NCBI RefSeq assembly: GCF_964213995.1
Contig: NC_135817.1
Span: 26,040,001-26,104,000 of the forward strand
Direction: 5' to 3'
Source: Mustelus asterias
Taxonomy: Eukaryota
DNA length: 64,000 bases
Below are positions 12,781-24,497 of the stretch, piece by piece (the first letter of the stretch is position 1; the number at the start of each line of letters is the position of its first letter). The translations under genes were made by a program, and so were the position numbers. The notes beneath the pieces were generated by a model, which saw nothing but the letters and a program-made list of their open reading frames with translations, was not told the DNA's origin and ran no database searches.

Positions 12781-15058
12781 AGTGCTTTATGGACCCCCAG
12801 GAGTTTTAAAAACATATAAGACTACTGTGTGAACTAAAGGATCAATACCTTAGTGGAATCTCAAACCCAGATGTAGGTAGAGCCGAGACAAAATAACTGA
12901 GTACCAAAATCTTAGTTTTTTTTCCTCATTTTAATCAAGCTTGGTATTGCAATGTGTACAAACTGATAGGCATCTGAATGTGAGAAGTCGGAGATCCTGA
13001 GCTGGCTTGGGCAGGTGAATGGGTACATAAAATGATTGCATTTGGGTCATTCAAATAATAGTACGGTGATTGGGTTAAATCTGTCCTTGGTCTCCTACAC
13101 TATTGCAATAAATCTCAAGGAACAGCAAAGTCATCTTTTGGTTAAGTTGTTGACCACCATCTAGACTGGATGCTGATTTTAACAATTCTGTCCCCCCTGC
13201 CCCAACAGTAAGTAGATGCAGGTGATAAATCTGCTGCTGCTATTTACAGATCATTTAAACCCATGATTTGTTTCTCCCTCCAGGAGGTTGCTTGCCCTGC
13301 TATGTATTTTCAATCTTCATTTCAGATTTCCAGCCCAGCACTGTTTTGGTTTAAGATCTTATCTGATAGTGGTGCACTCCTTCATTGTTGCGCTGAAGTG
13401 TCATCGAAGATTATGTATACGGAGAGAGGTTTGAACTTAACCTTCAGAATGTGACCATTGAGCAACAGCTGAAATCAGAGTCCAAAGCTCTCAAGTGGAG
13501 ATAGACTTGGGTTTTCAAGTAAAAACTTCAAAAGCAGCTATTAAAAATCAAGTAAAAACACATTATAAAGACCGTACTTTGTCAGTGTCAGGTACTAAAG
13601 AAAAAAAGACACCAAATAAATCAGTAAGTGATTGAAGAATTTTATACAGCAGTTAACAAAAGCAGTGATAAGAAATTGTGATGACAGAACTGGAAACAGA
13701 ATGCATTTAAGAATGGCTACTCAATTCTTGACAGAGGGAATGCTGTGATTTGTTAATATAACCGATACCAACATTAAAATGTTTATTTCCCCTTCATAAT
13801 TCAACAGCACTTATCAGCCAAGGTTGATGATAGAGATGCTAATGTGGTAAATGGGAGTTTCACTATTACAAGAAGCACATTTACTGCAAAGCTTAGAAGC
13901 AAAGCAGATTTTTGTGAATGTAATTCTCCTTTCACTACTTTAACTGAATTGAGGATCACAAAGGATAGCCTGGTCCAACCATTCAACAATAAATCTGTCA
14001 TTGTGCTTAATAAATAGCTCTGTAAGGATATATATATTTTTAAGGATATAATGGTTTGTCATGTTGAGTCTCCCAACTGCACTGTAGTGTGTTAAAATAC
14101 AAGTTGTCTCAGTGATTCCCACAAGCCATGTTCCTGATCTCAACTGTGGTACAATGGAAGGACACCACAGAGAACAAAAGGGAAAACCAGGCTATATTGC
14201 ACAGCCTACACCCAGCTAAGCAGCAGCAAAAGGCCTCTGAGCAGGTTTACGACCAAATCCCTTCGCTAGGGAAGACAGGGTTGCACAAAGGGAAAAATGG
14301 AAAGGAAAAAAAATTGTGGTAAAATACTTGTGTAAAAAATACCCAGCTTTGGCATACAACGGTACATTCTGCAGCAGGAAGCGCCAAAATATTGAGCAAC
14401 AAGCTAGTGGTTATAAAATTTCATCTTGTTCAACAGTCTCAAATCTTGGAAAATCTTTAGCCACACCATTGTACACAAGGTACAAATTGAAAATTTGAGT
14501 AAAGTCCAGTCAGTCTTGTAACATTAACGTAATCTGGTGCATGTGACAACATACCATTGCCCAAAATATGAGAACATAACTTGTTTTATAGATTACTTTA
14601 AACCCTGAGGAAAAAGAATGAATGCAGAAGGTGCTTCATGTAATGGTGATGAACAGTTAGTTATTTTTAATATATAAAGCAGAATTGAATTGAAATTATA
14701 TCAATCCTTGACAAGTCACTTCAAAATACACCGTACCTTTGTATCATTGTGCGATCTTAACACATAATTTAGCTGTTCATTTAGAAAATGAAACTGGCCA
14801 TTGACTAACCCAGAATTGGTGAGCAAACCTCTACCTTCTCAAACTTAACACAGCTAACAATGAAACGGTATCTCATGGTTCTTTGACACTAACATTCTGC
14901 AAACTTAAACCAAACTCAATATGTAGACAATGTTTTCAGTACCTGCAAATATATTGTTCAACAAAAAAAATGATCAGTAGACTTTTTAGTTACACAAAAC
15001 TCAATTAGGGAATGAGTATAGACAGAAGGTTTCTATCAAATATTATATAATTAGAACT

Positions 15059-15064
15059 TTTATT
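15059..15064 (-). terminator. RAB9A: Candidate proximal RAB9A poly(A) signal (a distal candidate lies at 13782-13787)
   Basis: AATAAA on the minus strand within an apparently repeat-free, AT-rich ~2-kb stretch downstream of the stop. Confidence 0.4.
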
Positions 15065-15593
15065 TTGTTTTCTTTGCAAGGGGGGAAAAATAATTAATAG
15101 TTCACCAGCATGCTTTAGGGTCAGATTAGGAGCACCAGTACATAAAGGAGAATTTCATGGAACCAGCAGTTTACACAAATGGTAAATGTTTAGAGTTAAT
15201 TAAATTCCATTTTCCCCAACCATTATCCAAGCTACAGTATGGATTTTGCACAAAACATGGTTATACTTCAGTTAAAAATACCAACACCAAATTCATGTTT
15301 GTTTTTAAATTTAAAGCTGGTGTAGTTTTGTCATTTTTAAAAATTGATTTTAAACTCAAAACCCTTTTGTCTAAATCTCATCATCTGGCCAATGAATAAG
15401 TCGATTATCTGTGGATAACTCGTCACATTAGTATTGTGCATGTGTGCATTCAAACCCTTTCAAAACCAACGGAACCCAGTTTTTCAGCCGGTTGGCATCA
15501 GTTTCCTCAAAACAGCTCCAGCAGATCTGCATGACCCCAATCAACACCAGTCAGTAAATCAATGGCACACAGTAAGCTGATTGCATCTTCCAG

Positions 15594-16199
15594 TCAACAA
15601 CAGAAAGAGCTGTGTTTCTTTCCTCGATTTAGATTCACTGTGTCTGTTTGCATGAAACTGTCAGATCTATCATCGGCAGCAAGAACTCGACGAACAGCTT
15701 CTTCAAAGGCCACTGCAACATTGGTAGCATCTTTTGCACTCGTTTCAAAATAAGGATGGTTACCATTTTCTTTGCACCAAGCCTGAGCCTCTTCTGCTGA
15801 AACTTGCCTCTCGGTGACATCAATTTTATTACCTAGAACCACAAATGGGAAACTATCTGGCTCCTTGACATCTGCATAGTAGATGAATTCCTTTTTCCAA
15901 TTGCCCAAATTCTGGAAGCTCTGGTGATCATCAACACTAAAAGTAAGGAGACAACAATCAGAGCCTCGATAGAATGGTGTCCGGAGGCTCCTAAATCTCT
16001 CTTGACCAGCAGTGTCCCATATCTGCATCGTCACATAATGTTCATCTACTTCCAAATCTTTGTTTAGAAACTCAACCCCTATTGTGTGAAATAGATGTAT
16101 ATCAAATTTATTGGTAACGTATCTATTCATCAGTGAACTTTTTCCCACTCCACCATCGCCCAGGAGGATCACCTTCAGTAGGGTTGATTTTCCAGCCAT
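15594..16199 (-). CDS. RAB9A: Ras-related protein Rab-9A (201 aa, single coding exon)
   Basis: MAGKSTLLKVILLGDGGVGKS...WDTAGQE...GNKID...ETSAK...CC with all G-boxes and a CC prenylation end; good Kozak (GCCATGG); acceptor ttgttatAG with exon start at 16237; neighbour of TRAPPC2 as for human RAB9A. Confidence 0.96.
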   Translation of the reverse strand: MAGKSTLLKVILLGDGGVGKSSLMNRYVTNKFDIHLFHTIGVEFLNKDLEVDEHYVTMQIWDTAGQERFRSLRTPFYRGSDCCLLTFSVDDHQSFQNLGNWKKEFIYYADVKEPDSFPFVVLGNKIDVTERQVSAEEAQAWCKENGNHPYFETSAKDATNVAVAFEEAVRRVLAADDRSDSFMQTDTVNLNRGKKHSSFCC

Positions 16200-17782
16200 G
16201 GCACCCTCAATAGTTTTAAATGAAGAAATCAAACAGCCTATAACAAAACACAAAACAAAAGGTTTTCATTGCCATCTGCTTAGCTGAGTCGAAATAAAGA
16301 CTACATATGCAAAGTGGTCAAATTGCATCACCACCCTGTGGTACAATGTCAGTGGGATTTAAATCGAACAACCGGGTGCGAGTACACCATTTGTCTGGGT
16401 GGTGGTGGGCTCAAAGCAGTAAAATACCTTCGGAGTACTTTGGTCATCCCATCATTTGGTTAGAGAGACAAAGAATGAAGGGAAGAGAACTTCTGACCAG
16501 AATGCAGCTTCAATGCATTAATTTACACACAAATGTGTGGGAACGTTTTAAATTGTAAACTCCTGCCTAATAGTTGGATCTTATGGACAATGTTTAATTA
16601 GGTAAAGATAGCCACACAAACTGCAAATTTATTCCAAATGGTTTTATGGTGGGAGGGGGGGGATAAAATAGTGGCTGGTCCAAAGTTTAAAACTTAAATT
16701 GTAAACAAGCTCTATTAACTTCAACAAAAAGTCCTGCAGGTTATCAGTGTGACAATTAAGTGTACAGAATGTTTATGTGCCTGTAAAGAATGGGCAGAGC
16801 ATAACCAACTGCTCAAACATGGAAACAGTTGGAATTTACTAGAATTTCAGTGCCTGAGGATACTCAAAAATTTAACATCTAAACTATTTTTTCTTAATAA
16901 AACAGCACAACAGCACTCAAACATTTGAATAGGAAAATTAATCTTTCTTGATATAAATACATCCGGTTCAGCCAATTTGTTTGTGTGAATATATGTTACA
17001 AAATTCAGTGAGTATGCATAGTCTGATTGAAAATCTATACAGCTGAATTATAATAGTTTTCAGTTTACAAACAGCAGCACAATACAATTTTCTAAAGCAC
17101 CATATTTTGAACCACTGATATTGAAAGCCTGGTTTAATCTCAATCTTGTAAAATTTCCTTCATCATGTGATAAAGGCAGATATCTATATACTGACAAGAT
17201 ACAGTTATATATAAATGAAACTTAAACTTCAGAAATATATTCAAGGGCAAGATATGCTAAGTTCATTGATAACCTGCTTGCAGTTTCACCGTGATCTGAA
17301 CCCTTCAGGTTTGTACTGTAATCTCAAAACAAGTTCTAACAGGTTATTCTCCCTAAATACCAGACCTCAGTAAATAAATCTTGCTTTGTCACTTGACTCT
17401 ATCCCAGAGTGCTTTCATTCCAACCATGTGAAATCACCAATTCCAGTGGCTTAATTTAAAATATACATATATGCATAAGTTTCACCTTCATCTCGCCTGT
17501 GCATGCTTACATTAGTAGGATCTTCATGGTAAACTCTTGCAAATTGACTTGTAGTTGCAACAACACTTATAGTTTTAGGCTAAGGGGTGGCAGATTTAAA
17601 ACAGCAATGAGGAGGAATTACTTTACTCAAAGGGTCACAAATCTGTGGAATTCTCTACTCCAGAGTGCAGTGGACGCTGGAATACCAAATAAATTTGAGG
17701 ATGGATAGGTTTTTTTAATTAGCAGGATAAAGGATATAGGGAGCAAGCAGGAAGGTGGATGAGGCAGAGAGGAGATCATCAT

Positions 17783-18124
17783 AGAAGAAATCATAGAAAC
17801 CCTACAGTGCAGAAGGAGGCCATTCGGCCCATCAAGTCTGCACCGACCACAATCCCACCCAGGCCCTACCCCCACATATTTTACCCGCTAATCCCTCTAA
17901 CCTACACATCCCAGGACACTAAGGGGCAATTTTTTTAACCTGGCCAATCAACCTAACCCGCACATCTTTGGACTGTGGGAGGAAACCGGAGCACCCGGAG
18001 GAAACCCACGCAGACACGAGGAGAATGTGCAAACTCCACACAGACAGTGACCCGAGCCAGGAATCGAACCCAGGACCCTGGAGCTGTGAAGCAGCAGTGC
18101 TAACCATTGTGCTACCGTGCCGCC
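17783..18124 (-). mobile_element. Full-length HE1-type SINE nested in a CR1 3' fragment (~17570-18200)
   Basis: A box (GGTGGCACAATGG-like), B box GGTTCGATTCC, V-domain and CR1-type tail. Confidence 0.92.
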
Positions 18125-18539
18125 GAAAACAGCCATGATCGTACTGAATGGCAAAGCAGGCTCAAGGGACTGAATTGCCTATTCCTGCTTCTAGTTCTGT
18201 TATCCACTGAAATCAAATGTACCACATCTTTAAAGATAAAATGCATAACAAATTATGCATTTAAATTAGCAAATAATCCCAATTTTCAAAAACTGATCAA
18301 AGAACGTTTACTCAATGAGGTCATCTGGACAGGTATAAAATTCCACTCTTGCTCTACAAATTCCCAAACACAAACTTTACAGACAAACCAAGATTGCACT
18401 TTATAGTTAAACTATTCGCCACATCTTAGTCTTAAAAATGCACAAATGTGAACATTCTCAGCTTTTATATTTTATCAAATTAACACTTACATTATATATT
18501 CAAGTCAGAAAGCATGCAGAAACTGAAGTCATTCCTTAC

Positions 18540-18567
18540 CTTTTCAGATTAATGCATCATTAGATTC
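18540..18567 (-). other. RAB9A: Predicted 28-nt RAB9A 5'UTR microexon
   Basis: Minus strand: ctcttttcacctttcattttctttaacacAG|GAATCTAATGATGCATTAATCTGAAAAG|GTAAGG; strong pyrimidine tract and donor. Confidence 0.65.
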
Positions 18568-19583
18568 CTGTGTTAAAGAAAATGAAAGGTGAAAAGAGAT
18601 TGTATGAATTATATCACATTAATCATTTCTAAGATCTCACCACTGCTTACTGAACATTTATAAAACCCTATAACTGTTGTCTGTAATTAATTACAGCAGT
18701 AATTGAAAATAGAATCTACAGTTGTTTTTAGCATAGTCAAACTGAAGTTCAAGTTGTTCAGGCAGCAGCCCAAATAATTTATACCAAGATTAACATTGCT
18801 AGCATGCCCCCTTCTTCACCCACAAAAAAGGTCACATCAGTAAATGCTTAGTACTAAGTAAGGTTTAGTCAGTAGCTCTCTTGCCAATTCTCACTGATTA
18901 GTCTGTGGCAGTGTAATATTGGTAGACAGTTAATGTAGACTAGCTGCTGGAACCACAAAAATGTTTGTGCTCAGTCCGATTCCAAACCCAGTCTTTTCTT
19001 CGTCTCACTTTAGAACCGGTCTGCCCAATTCTACAAGCACTCATGACTATTAATCTAGTATATTTTAAAACAAAACCGTGAATATTCATGCACACAGACA
19101 TATCAACTTACCACAAGTCAAACAACTTCAAGAAACTGGGGGACAAAAAAAAAGGAACTAGACGCAAAACATTTCACAAAAATGACTTGTGCGTCTGAAA
19201 AGCATATTAACACTGATCATTTTGAAAGGCCAAGTATCCCTTTTAGTTGCACAGCAGTGGATCAACATCATAATTGGTTCTGTGTTCTTGGGAAAGGTGA
19301 TCAATGTTTGGTTTGTCAAGAACACAAAACACTGGTGACATGAATAGCTCCTTTTAGTTGCTCAACTTTATTTCAGTATTCAACAGCTTATAGGTCCATC
19401 TCAGTTCTGGAAGTGACACTTAGACAACTTAGTGAGTAGGAATACCATCTCTTCACATACAATGATATGACAAAAGATGGTTTACTTCAAACGTATTGCA
19501 AACAAAGCAAGAACTGAGCTGACATTGTAACCTCCTCATGCATTAAATTTTGGCTGAGTGCATTTAGGCACTCAATCTTTTAA

Positions 19584-19855
19584 AATTATATGGCACAGAA
19601 GGCGGCCATTCAGTTCATCATGTCAATGCTGGCGTGCATGAATAAAATATATAATGTGTATTTCAACCCAACTTAATGTGCCAGTCAAGCATCATGGTGC
19701 TTGCAGCTTTCCAGAGTAGGTTAAAAAACTGTGCATTGGGCAACCAACGTGTTCGGCGCATTTACAATATAATGGCCTATCCTCTAGCATGTTTTATTCA
19801 TGCACGCCAGTATTGACATGATGAACTGAATGGCCTTCTTCTGTGCCATATAATT
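19584..19855. repeat. 67-bp inverted repeat with 138-bp spacer
   Basis: Arms 19584-19650 and 19789-19855 match at 63/67 positions as reverse complements. Confidence 0.93.
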
Positions 19856-22800
19856 CTTGGTGCAAATTTCATTTATTGGAAACTCAATCTTATGGAAACT
19901 GCCATTTTATTGTTGCTTTTGTTAGCGCATCTTCACAGTTTTTTTTACCCTTTAGGGAATTGTGGGGAAAGTGGTGGGAAGATTTCAGCCAGTTGAACCA
20001 CGTTAAATGCTCTTTCCATGGCCAATAAGTCCTGGCATTGGATTCAAACCCAGAGCTTCTGGTCCAGCAGTAGGGATGCTCCCACTGTGTCACAAGGCCT
20101 CCTCTGCCATTTTATAGTGAAGTTAAAAGAATTGGATGCAAGCCTGAACTGTAACCAACACTTGTAATAGTTAACTATTCAGCAGATTAGCATGCAAATA
20201 TTCATTTCTGTATATTATACAATCCAATGTCAGTTATTGAGATGAGAAGTGGGTTTGAGTCATAATGCTAAGAATAATTCTGAGATTGGGATAATGCCAG
20301 TAAAGCATTACTCATTGGTCGGCACAAAATGCAAAATAATTATTTTGAAAGCAAATAAAGGATTTAATGATATAGCAATATTGAAAAATTATTGTCCATC
20401 AGTTCCCACTTTAAATGCAAAGAATTTCACAATCAAAGATTGTAGCTCCATACTCAAATTTCAAGAACATTTTATGCATCTGTAATAAAAGCATTGCAAT
20501 TAAAGGTGTATGCAATGCACTGCTTAATTATTTCTACTAGAACCTGGGTGTAACTTTTCAGCATGAAATGACAGTGTGTAGACTGAGTTTTCTGTAATTT
20601 CTGTGACAGTTACTCACAAACAGACGAAGAAACTGACCTTAATTCTATGGTGGCATTGAGGGTAAAACTGTTAGCATTTCTTGCAATTATTCCTTTGAAA
20701 CTAACAAAGACTGTACATACACAGTTAAACACAGATGTACAGGGGCTGATGTCACAGATTCTACCCTTGCCCATTGACTACACTGTAGAAGTCCAGACTG
20801 CAATCATGTAGGATTCACTGATGAAAGTTACACTATTAGTCTTGCTGCAAAAATCCTTGAAAAAGTTGCACCATGTTGAATATGGTGCAAGTGAACTTTC
20901 AATGTTGTTCTAAATTCATAATTGCTGCTGAACAGCCTCATTGTCCCTGAAAAACTAAATTTTTGGAACATCAATTTTTTTCCACAATGATAAAAATGAT
21001 TCACATTTTTAAAATTAGTTTTAAAAGATTATATTTCAGCTTTTACTTGAATCACATGCATTGTCCCAAACCTGGCTGATGTTAACCACGAGGGTGACCC
21101 AACTTGGAAACACTAGCTTGTGATGGTGTATTGTTTTGTCTACATAAATGGCATAAGGCACCATGTGCGATACTCAATGAGAACAGTAATCAGCCCATTC
21201 GTAGTATAATTATTAAAGACTATTTATGACAATAACAAAAAGTGACATATACAGAAACAGGGCTATAAGGATCTAAAAGAGTTATATACAAGACACTACC
21301 AAACCCACCACCACAGTTTAAGTAGGAATTACCTCTTGATTCAAAAGTACATTTGCAAGATCTGAACTCTTTCAGGACTTCCCTCTTCCCAAACAGCATC
21401 CGATCCAATAGATCTATAAGTAAAGACCAGCTTATAGTTACCACACTGTATATCTCTTCTTGGTTCAAATATATGGATTTTAACTGCCTCCACAAAAGGT
21501 ATTCTATATTCCTGCTTCTGGTCTGCTAACTAGAACCAGCTTACAGGCTGCTAGCTGGACACTATGCTTCAGGTTGCTGGATGGATACTGACCCCTGCCA
21601 ATTATATCATTGTTTCCACATGAAGGTTCTGTCTTTGTATTTAGCCGAGTGTCCTCCCCAACTTCTGTAGTTCTGAAAGATTTACACATGCATGCTCTTT
21701 CCCTTGATGGTTTCAAATCATCTAACCAAGGGGTTTCCTATTAGCAGGATGATGTATTCTTTTGGTCTGTCTACTACTGTTAATCCTGTTACGAGGACTC
21801 CCAAACCTTTCAAAATGCTGGTGGCTTCTAACCTGCTGGCATATTCATGACAACATACATCCAAAATATTCATAACTTTCAAGTTTGAATTAAAAATGAA
21901 ACATTTGGTGCATTTCAGTTTCTGGGTTGTTGTCTGTGAGAATACTTCAATGTGATTGGCTATTCTGCTTGCTGACATCATGCTGCTAAGCACCTGAAGA
22001 TCCCCTTGACTTGGTTTCAGTTTCAAACCACCATTGGAAAAATGCTACAATGATCACCAATCCTTCTGAGAAGCTTTCTTTGAGATCAATGGTGAACTTT
22101 GTCACTTTGCCACAACTGTAGAATCTGGGTCATTGAAAATTGACCTTTCTACTGGATAAGGATATTTCATTCATTAAAAATTATGTTAGAATCTTTTTAT
22201 TAAATGAATTATAGGGTGCTAGTTCCCTCAATTCAATATAAAAAAAAGCATGAACTGGCAATGAGAGAATTTAAGCATTTAACAAATAATTTAATAAACA
22301 CAGACAACTCAGTTTACACGCTGCTCATCTTGCATTTTACTTAGCCGATGTTTGACATCATCTCAGAACATTCCTACTCAACCATTGTGGATGGGGAAAT
22401 TTTTTTGACCATCTTAACTTATCCATCCTGAAGCTTCCTAAAGCCTGAAAAGCATCTAATTATTCTAGGGCTTATCCTGCCATTAGGGAAGGTGGAGGAG
22501 ATTTGATAGAGATGTTAAAAATCATGAGGGGGTGGGCAGAGTTGATAGGGATAAACTGTCCCCATTCATAAAAGGATCAAAAATGAGGACACAAAGTTAA
22601 AGTAATTTGCAAAAGAAGCAAACGTGATGCAAAACAAAATCCTCACACAACAAGTGGTTTGAGTCTAGAATGCACTACCTAAAAGTGTGGAGGCATTCAA
22701 GAGGGTATTAGATGATTATTTGAATACAACAATGTTCAGGGGTACAGTTAAATTTGAATGGCACTAAGTCATGATGCTTATTTGGGAGCTGGTGCAGACA

Positions 22801-23118
22801 TGGTCTCCTTTTGCACCATAACAATTCAGTGATTCAGTTTCCATCATAATACGCCTCTGTTCCTCAGATCTCCTCTTTATTCTCTTCAGCACTCTGGGAT
22901 AAATACTATCTATCCCCGATTTATTTTGAGCCCTTTTAGCTTCGGTCAGACTACATACTGTTCAAATTGAAGTTATTGATTTTACTTTGGTTACCTCAGG
23001 GGAGAGCCTATTTATTTCTTTCTTTCTCTCAACAATAGTTTAAGAAATCGTCCAGAATATTTTATGTTTATCCTCAATTTCAATATTATTTTCACCTTCT
23101 GTTTTTCACTGCTTCTTA

Positions 23119-23370
23119 TAGAATCCCTACAGTGCAGGAGGCCATTTGGCCCATCAAGTCTGCACCAACCACAATCCCAGCCAGGCCCTATACCCATAAC
23201 CCCACTTATTTACCCTGCTAGTCCCCCTGAAACTAAGGGACAACTTAGCACAGACAATCAACCTAACCCACATCTTTGGACTGTAGGAGGAAGCCGGAGC
23301 ACCCAGAGGAAACCCATGCAGACGCAGGAAGAACGTGCAACCTCCACACAGTCACCCGCAGCCGGAATAG
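23119..23370 (-). mobile_element. HE1-type SINE whose head is replaced by a Penelope-like fragment
   Basis: Tail and V-domain present; similarity stops at ~23370. Confidence 0.85.
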
Positions 23371-23372
23371 AG

Positions 23373-23626
23373 GCATACAGAGACACAAAATCAAGTTACA
23401 GTGAGTGGAGGGAGCTTAATGCTCACATTGTCTGTATCTTTAAGACCTGATTAGCTATAAAGATTCGCATTCTAATCGGTATTCTGTAACTTGATTTTGT
23501 GTCTCTGTGCCCTGTTTGAGAGCAGATATCCATCTGACGAAGGAGCAACGCTCCGAAAGCTAGTGGCGTTTGCTACCAAATAAACCTGTTGGACTTTAAC
23601 CTGGTGTTGTTAAAACTCTTACTGTG
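23373..23626 (+). mobile_element. Penelope-like element terminal (pLTR) remnant with partial inverted copy
   Basis: Inverted arms ACAGAGACACAAAATCAAGTTACAG / CTGTAACTTGATTTTGTGTCTCTGT; end AATAAACCTGTTGGACTTTAACCTGGTGTTGT. Confidence 0.8.
23530..23566 (+). ncRNA. Minimal type I hammerhead ribozyme motif (Penelope-associated)
   Basis: CCAT-CTGACGA-A-GGAGC(AAC)GCTCC-GAAA-GC-TA-GTGG: intact CUGANGA and GAAA core, stem II, palindromic AGCU stem III, stem I CCAU/GUGG. Confidence 0.75.
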
Positions 23627-24162
23627 AATATAATGTTGCACAGTACAAGTACAAATATACCTTACAAATTTTATGACTGCAAACACCTTGTGTCTACAAA
23701 ATCTTCTATCCGTTTATCAAGTTTCTGCCAACCTTTTTTCATTCAAAATTCCCATTACCATGTTTCTCATGACAAACACTTTGCAAAGGTGCTATGCTGA
23801 ACAGTCAGTATAAACTCTGAATCCTAATAACCTTTTGCAGAATTTCCCTTCTCGCCAGCAATGTTCCCATCCTAACCTGCTGCCAAAGCAGAGCTCAGAT
23901 AAAATTACCAAGGGAACCAGGATGATTATAATTTTGAGTCAGATTAAAGGCGAGTTGTATTAGTCAAGTCTTTGTCTCCACAATGGAACTAAAGGAACAA
24001 GTATCAGTTCAAAATCCAACTTGATATCTCTCTGGAGTTTTTAAAAATCTTTCATGGAATGTGGGCGTCATCAGGATTTACAATGATTTCATGGTCATCA
24101 TTAGACTTGTAATTTCAGATTTTTATTGAATTCTGTTTTTCACTGCTTCTTATAGAATCTGA

Positions 24163-24497
24163 GGGCGGCACGGTGGCACAGTGGCTAGCACTGCTGCTTC
24201 ACAGCTCCAGGGACCTGGGTTCGATTCCCGGCTTGGGTCACTGTCTGTGCGGAGTTTGCACATTCTCCTTGTGTCTGCGTGGGTTTCCTCCGGGTGCTCC
24301 GGTTTCCTTCCACAGTCCAAAGATGTGCGGGTTAGGTTGATTGGCCATGCTAAAATTGCCCTTAGTGTCCTGGGATGCGTAGGTTAGAGGGATTAGTGGG
24401 TAAATATGTAGGGATATGGGGGTAGGGCCTGGGTGGGATTGTGGTCGGTGCAGACTCGATGGGCCGAATGGCCTCTTTCTGTGCTGTAGGGTTTCTA
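24163..24497 (+). mobile_element. Full-length young HE1-type SINE inserted in an older SINE-like repeat
   Basis: GGGCGGCACGGTGGCACAGTGG A box, GGTTCGATTCC B box, V-domain and tail; host sequence ATTGAATTC|AAATTTCACC is split. Confidence 0.93.

Noticed and set aside
16200-16253. 18-aa N-terminal extension of Rab9a in the ORF track (MCFVIGCL...)
   Set aside because: Starts at a non-ATG codon inside the intron pyrimidine tract; the exon begins at 16237 and the ATG at 16199 gives the canonical 201 aa.
17919-18154. Recurrent ORFs such as MVSTAASQLQGPGFDS... and CLCGVCTFSSCLRGFPPGAPVSSH as a gene family
   Set aside because: They are translations of the SINE V-domain and recur at every SINE copy.
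21718-22026. TCEANC remnant (QTTTQKLKCTKC resembles TQTNKIKCRRC)
   Set aside because: No flanking TFIIS-domain similarity, no second CxxC, and it lies inside RAB9A intron 1 rather than upstream.
24163-24240. tRNA gene
   Set aside because: A and B boxes belong to a tRNA-derived SINE head that continues into the V-domain; no full cloverleaf or terminator.
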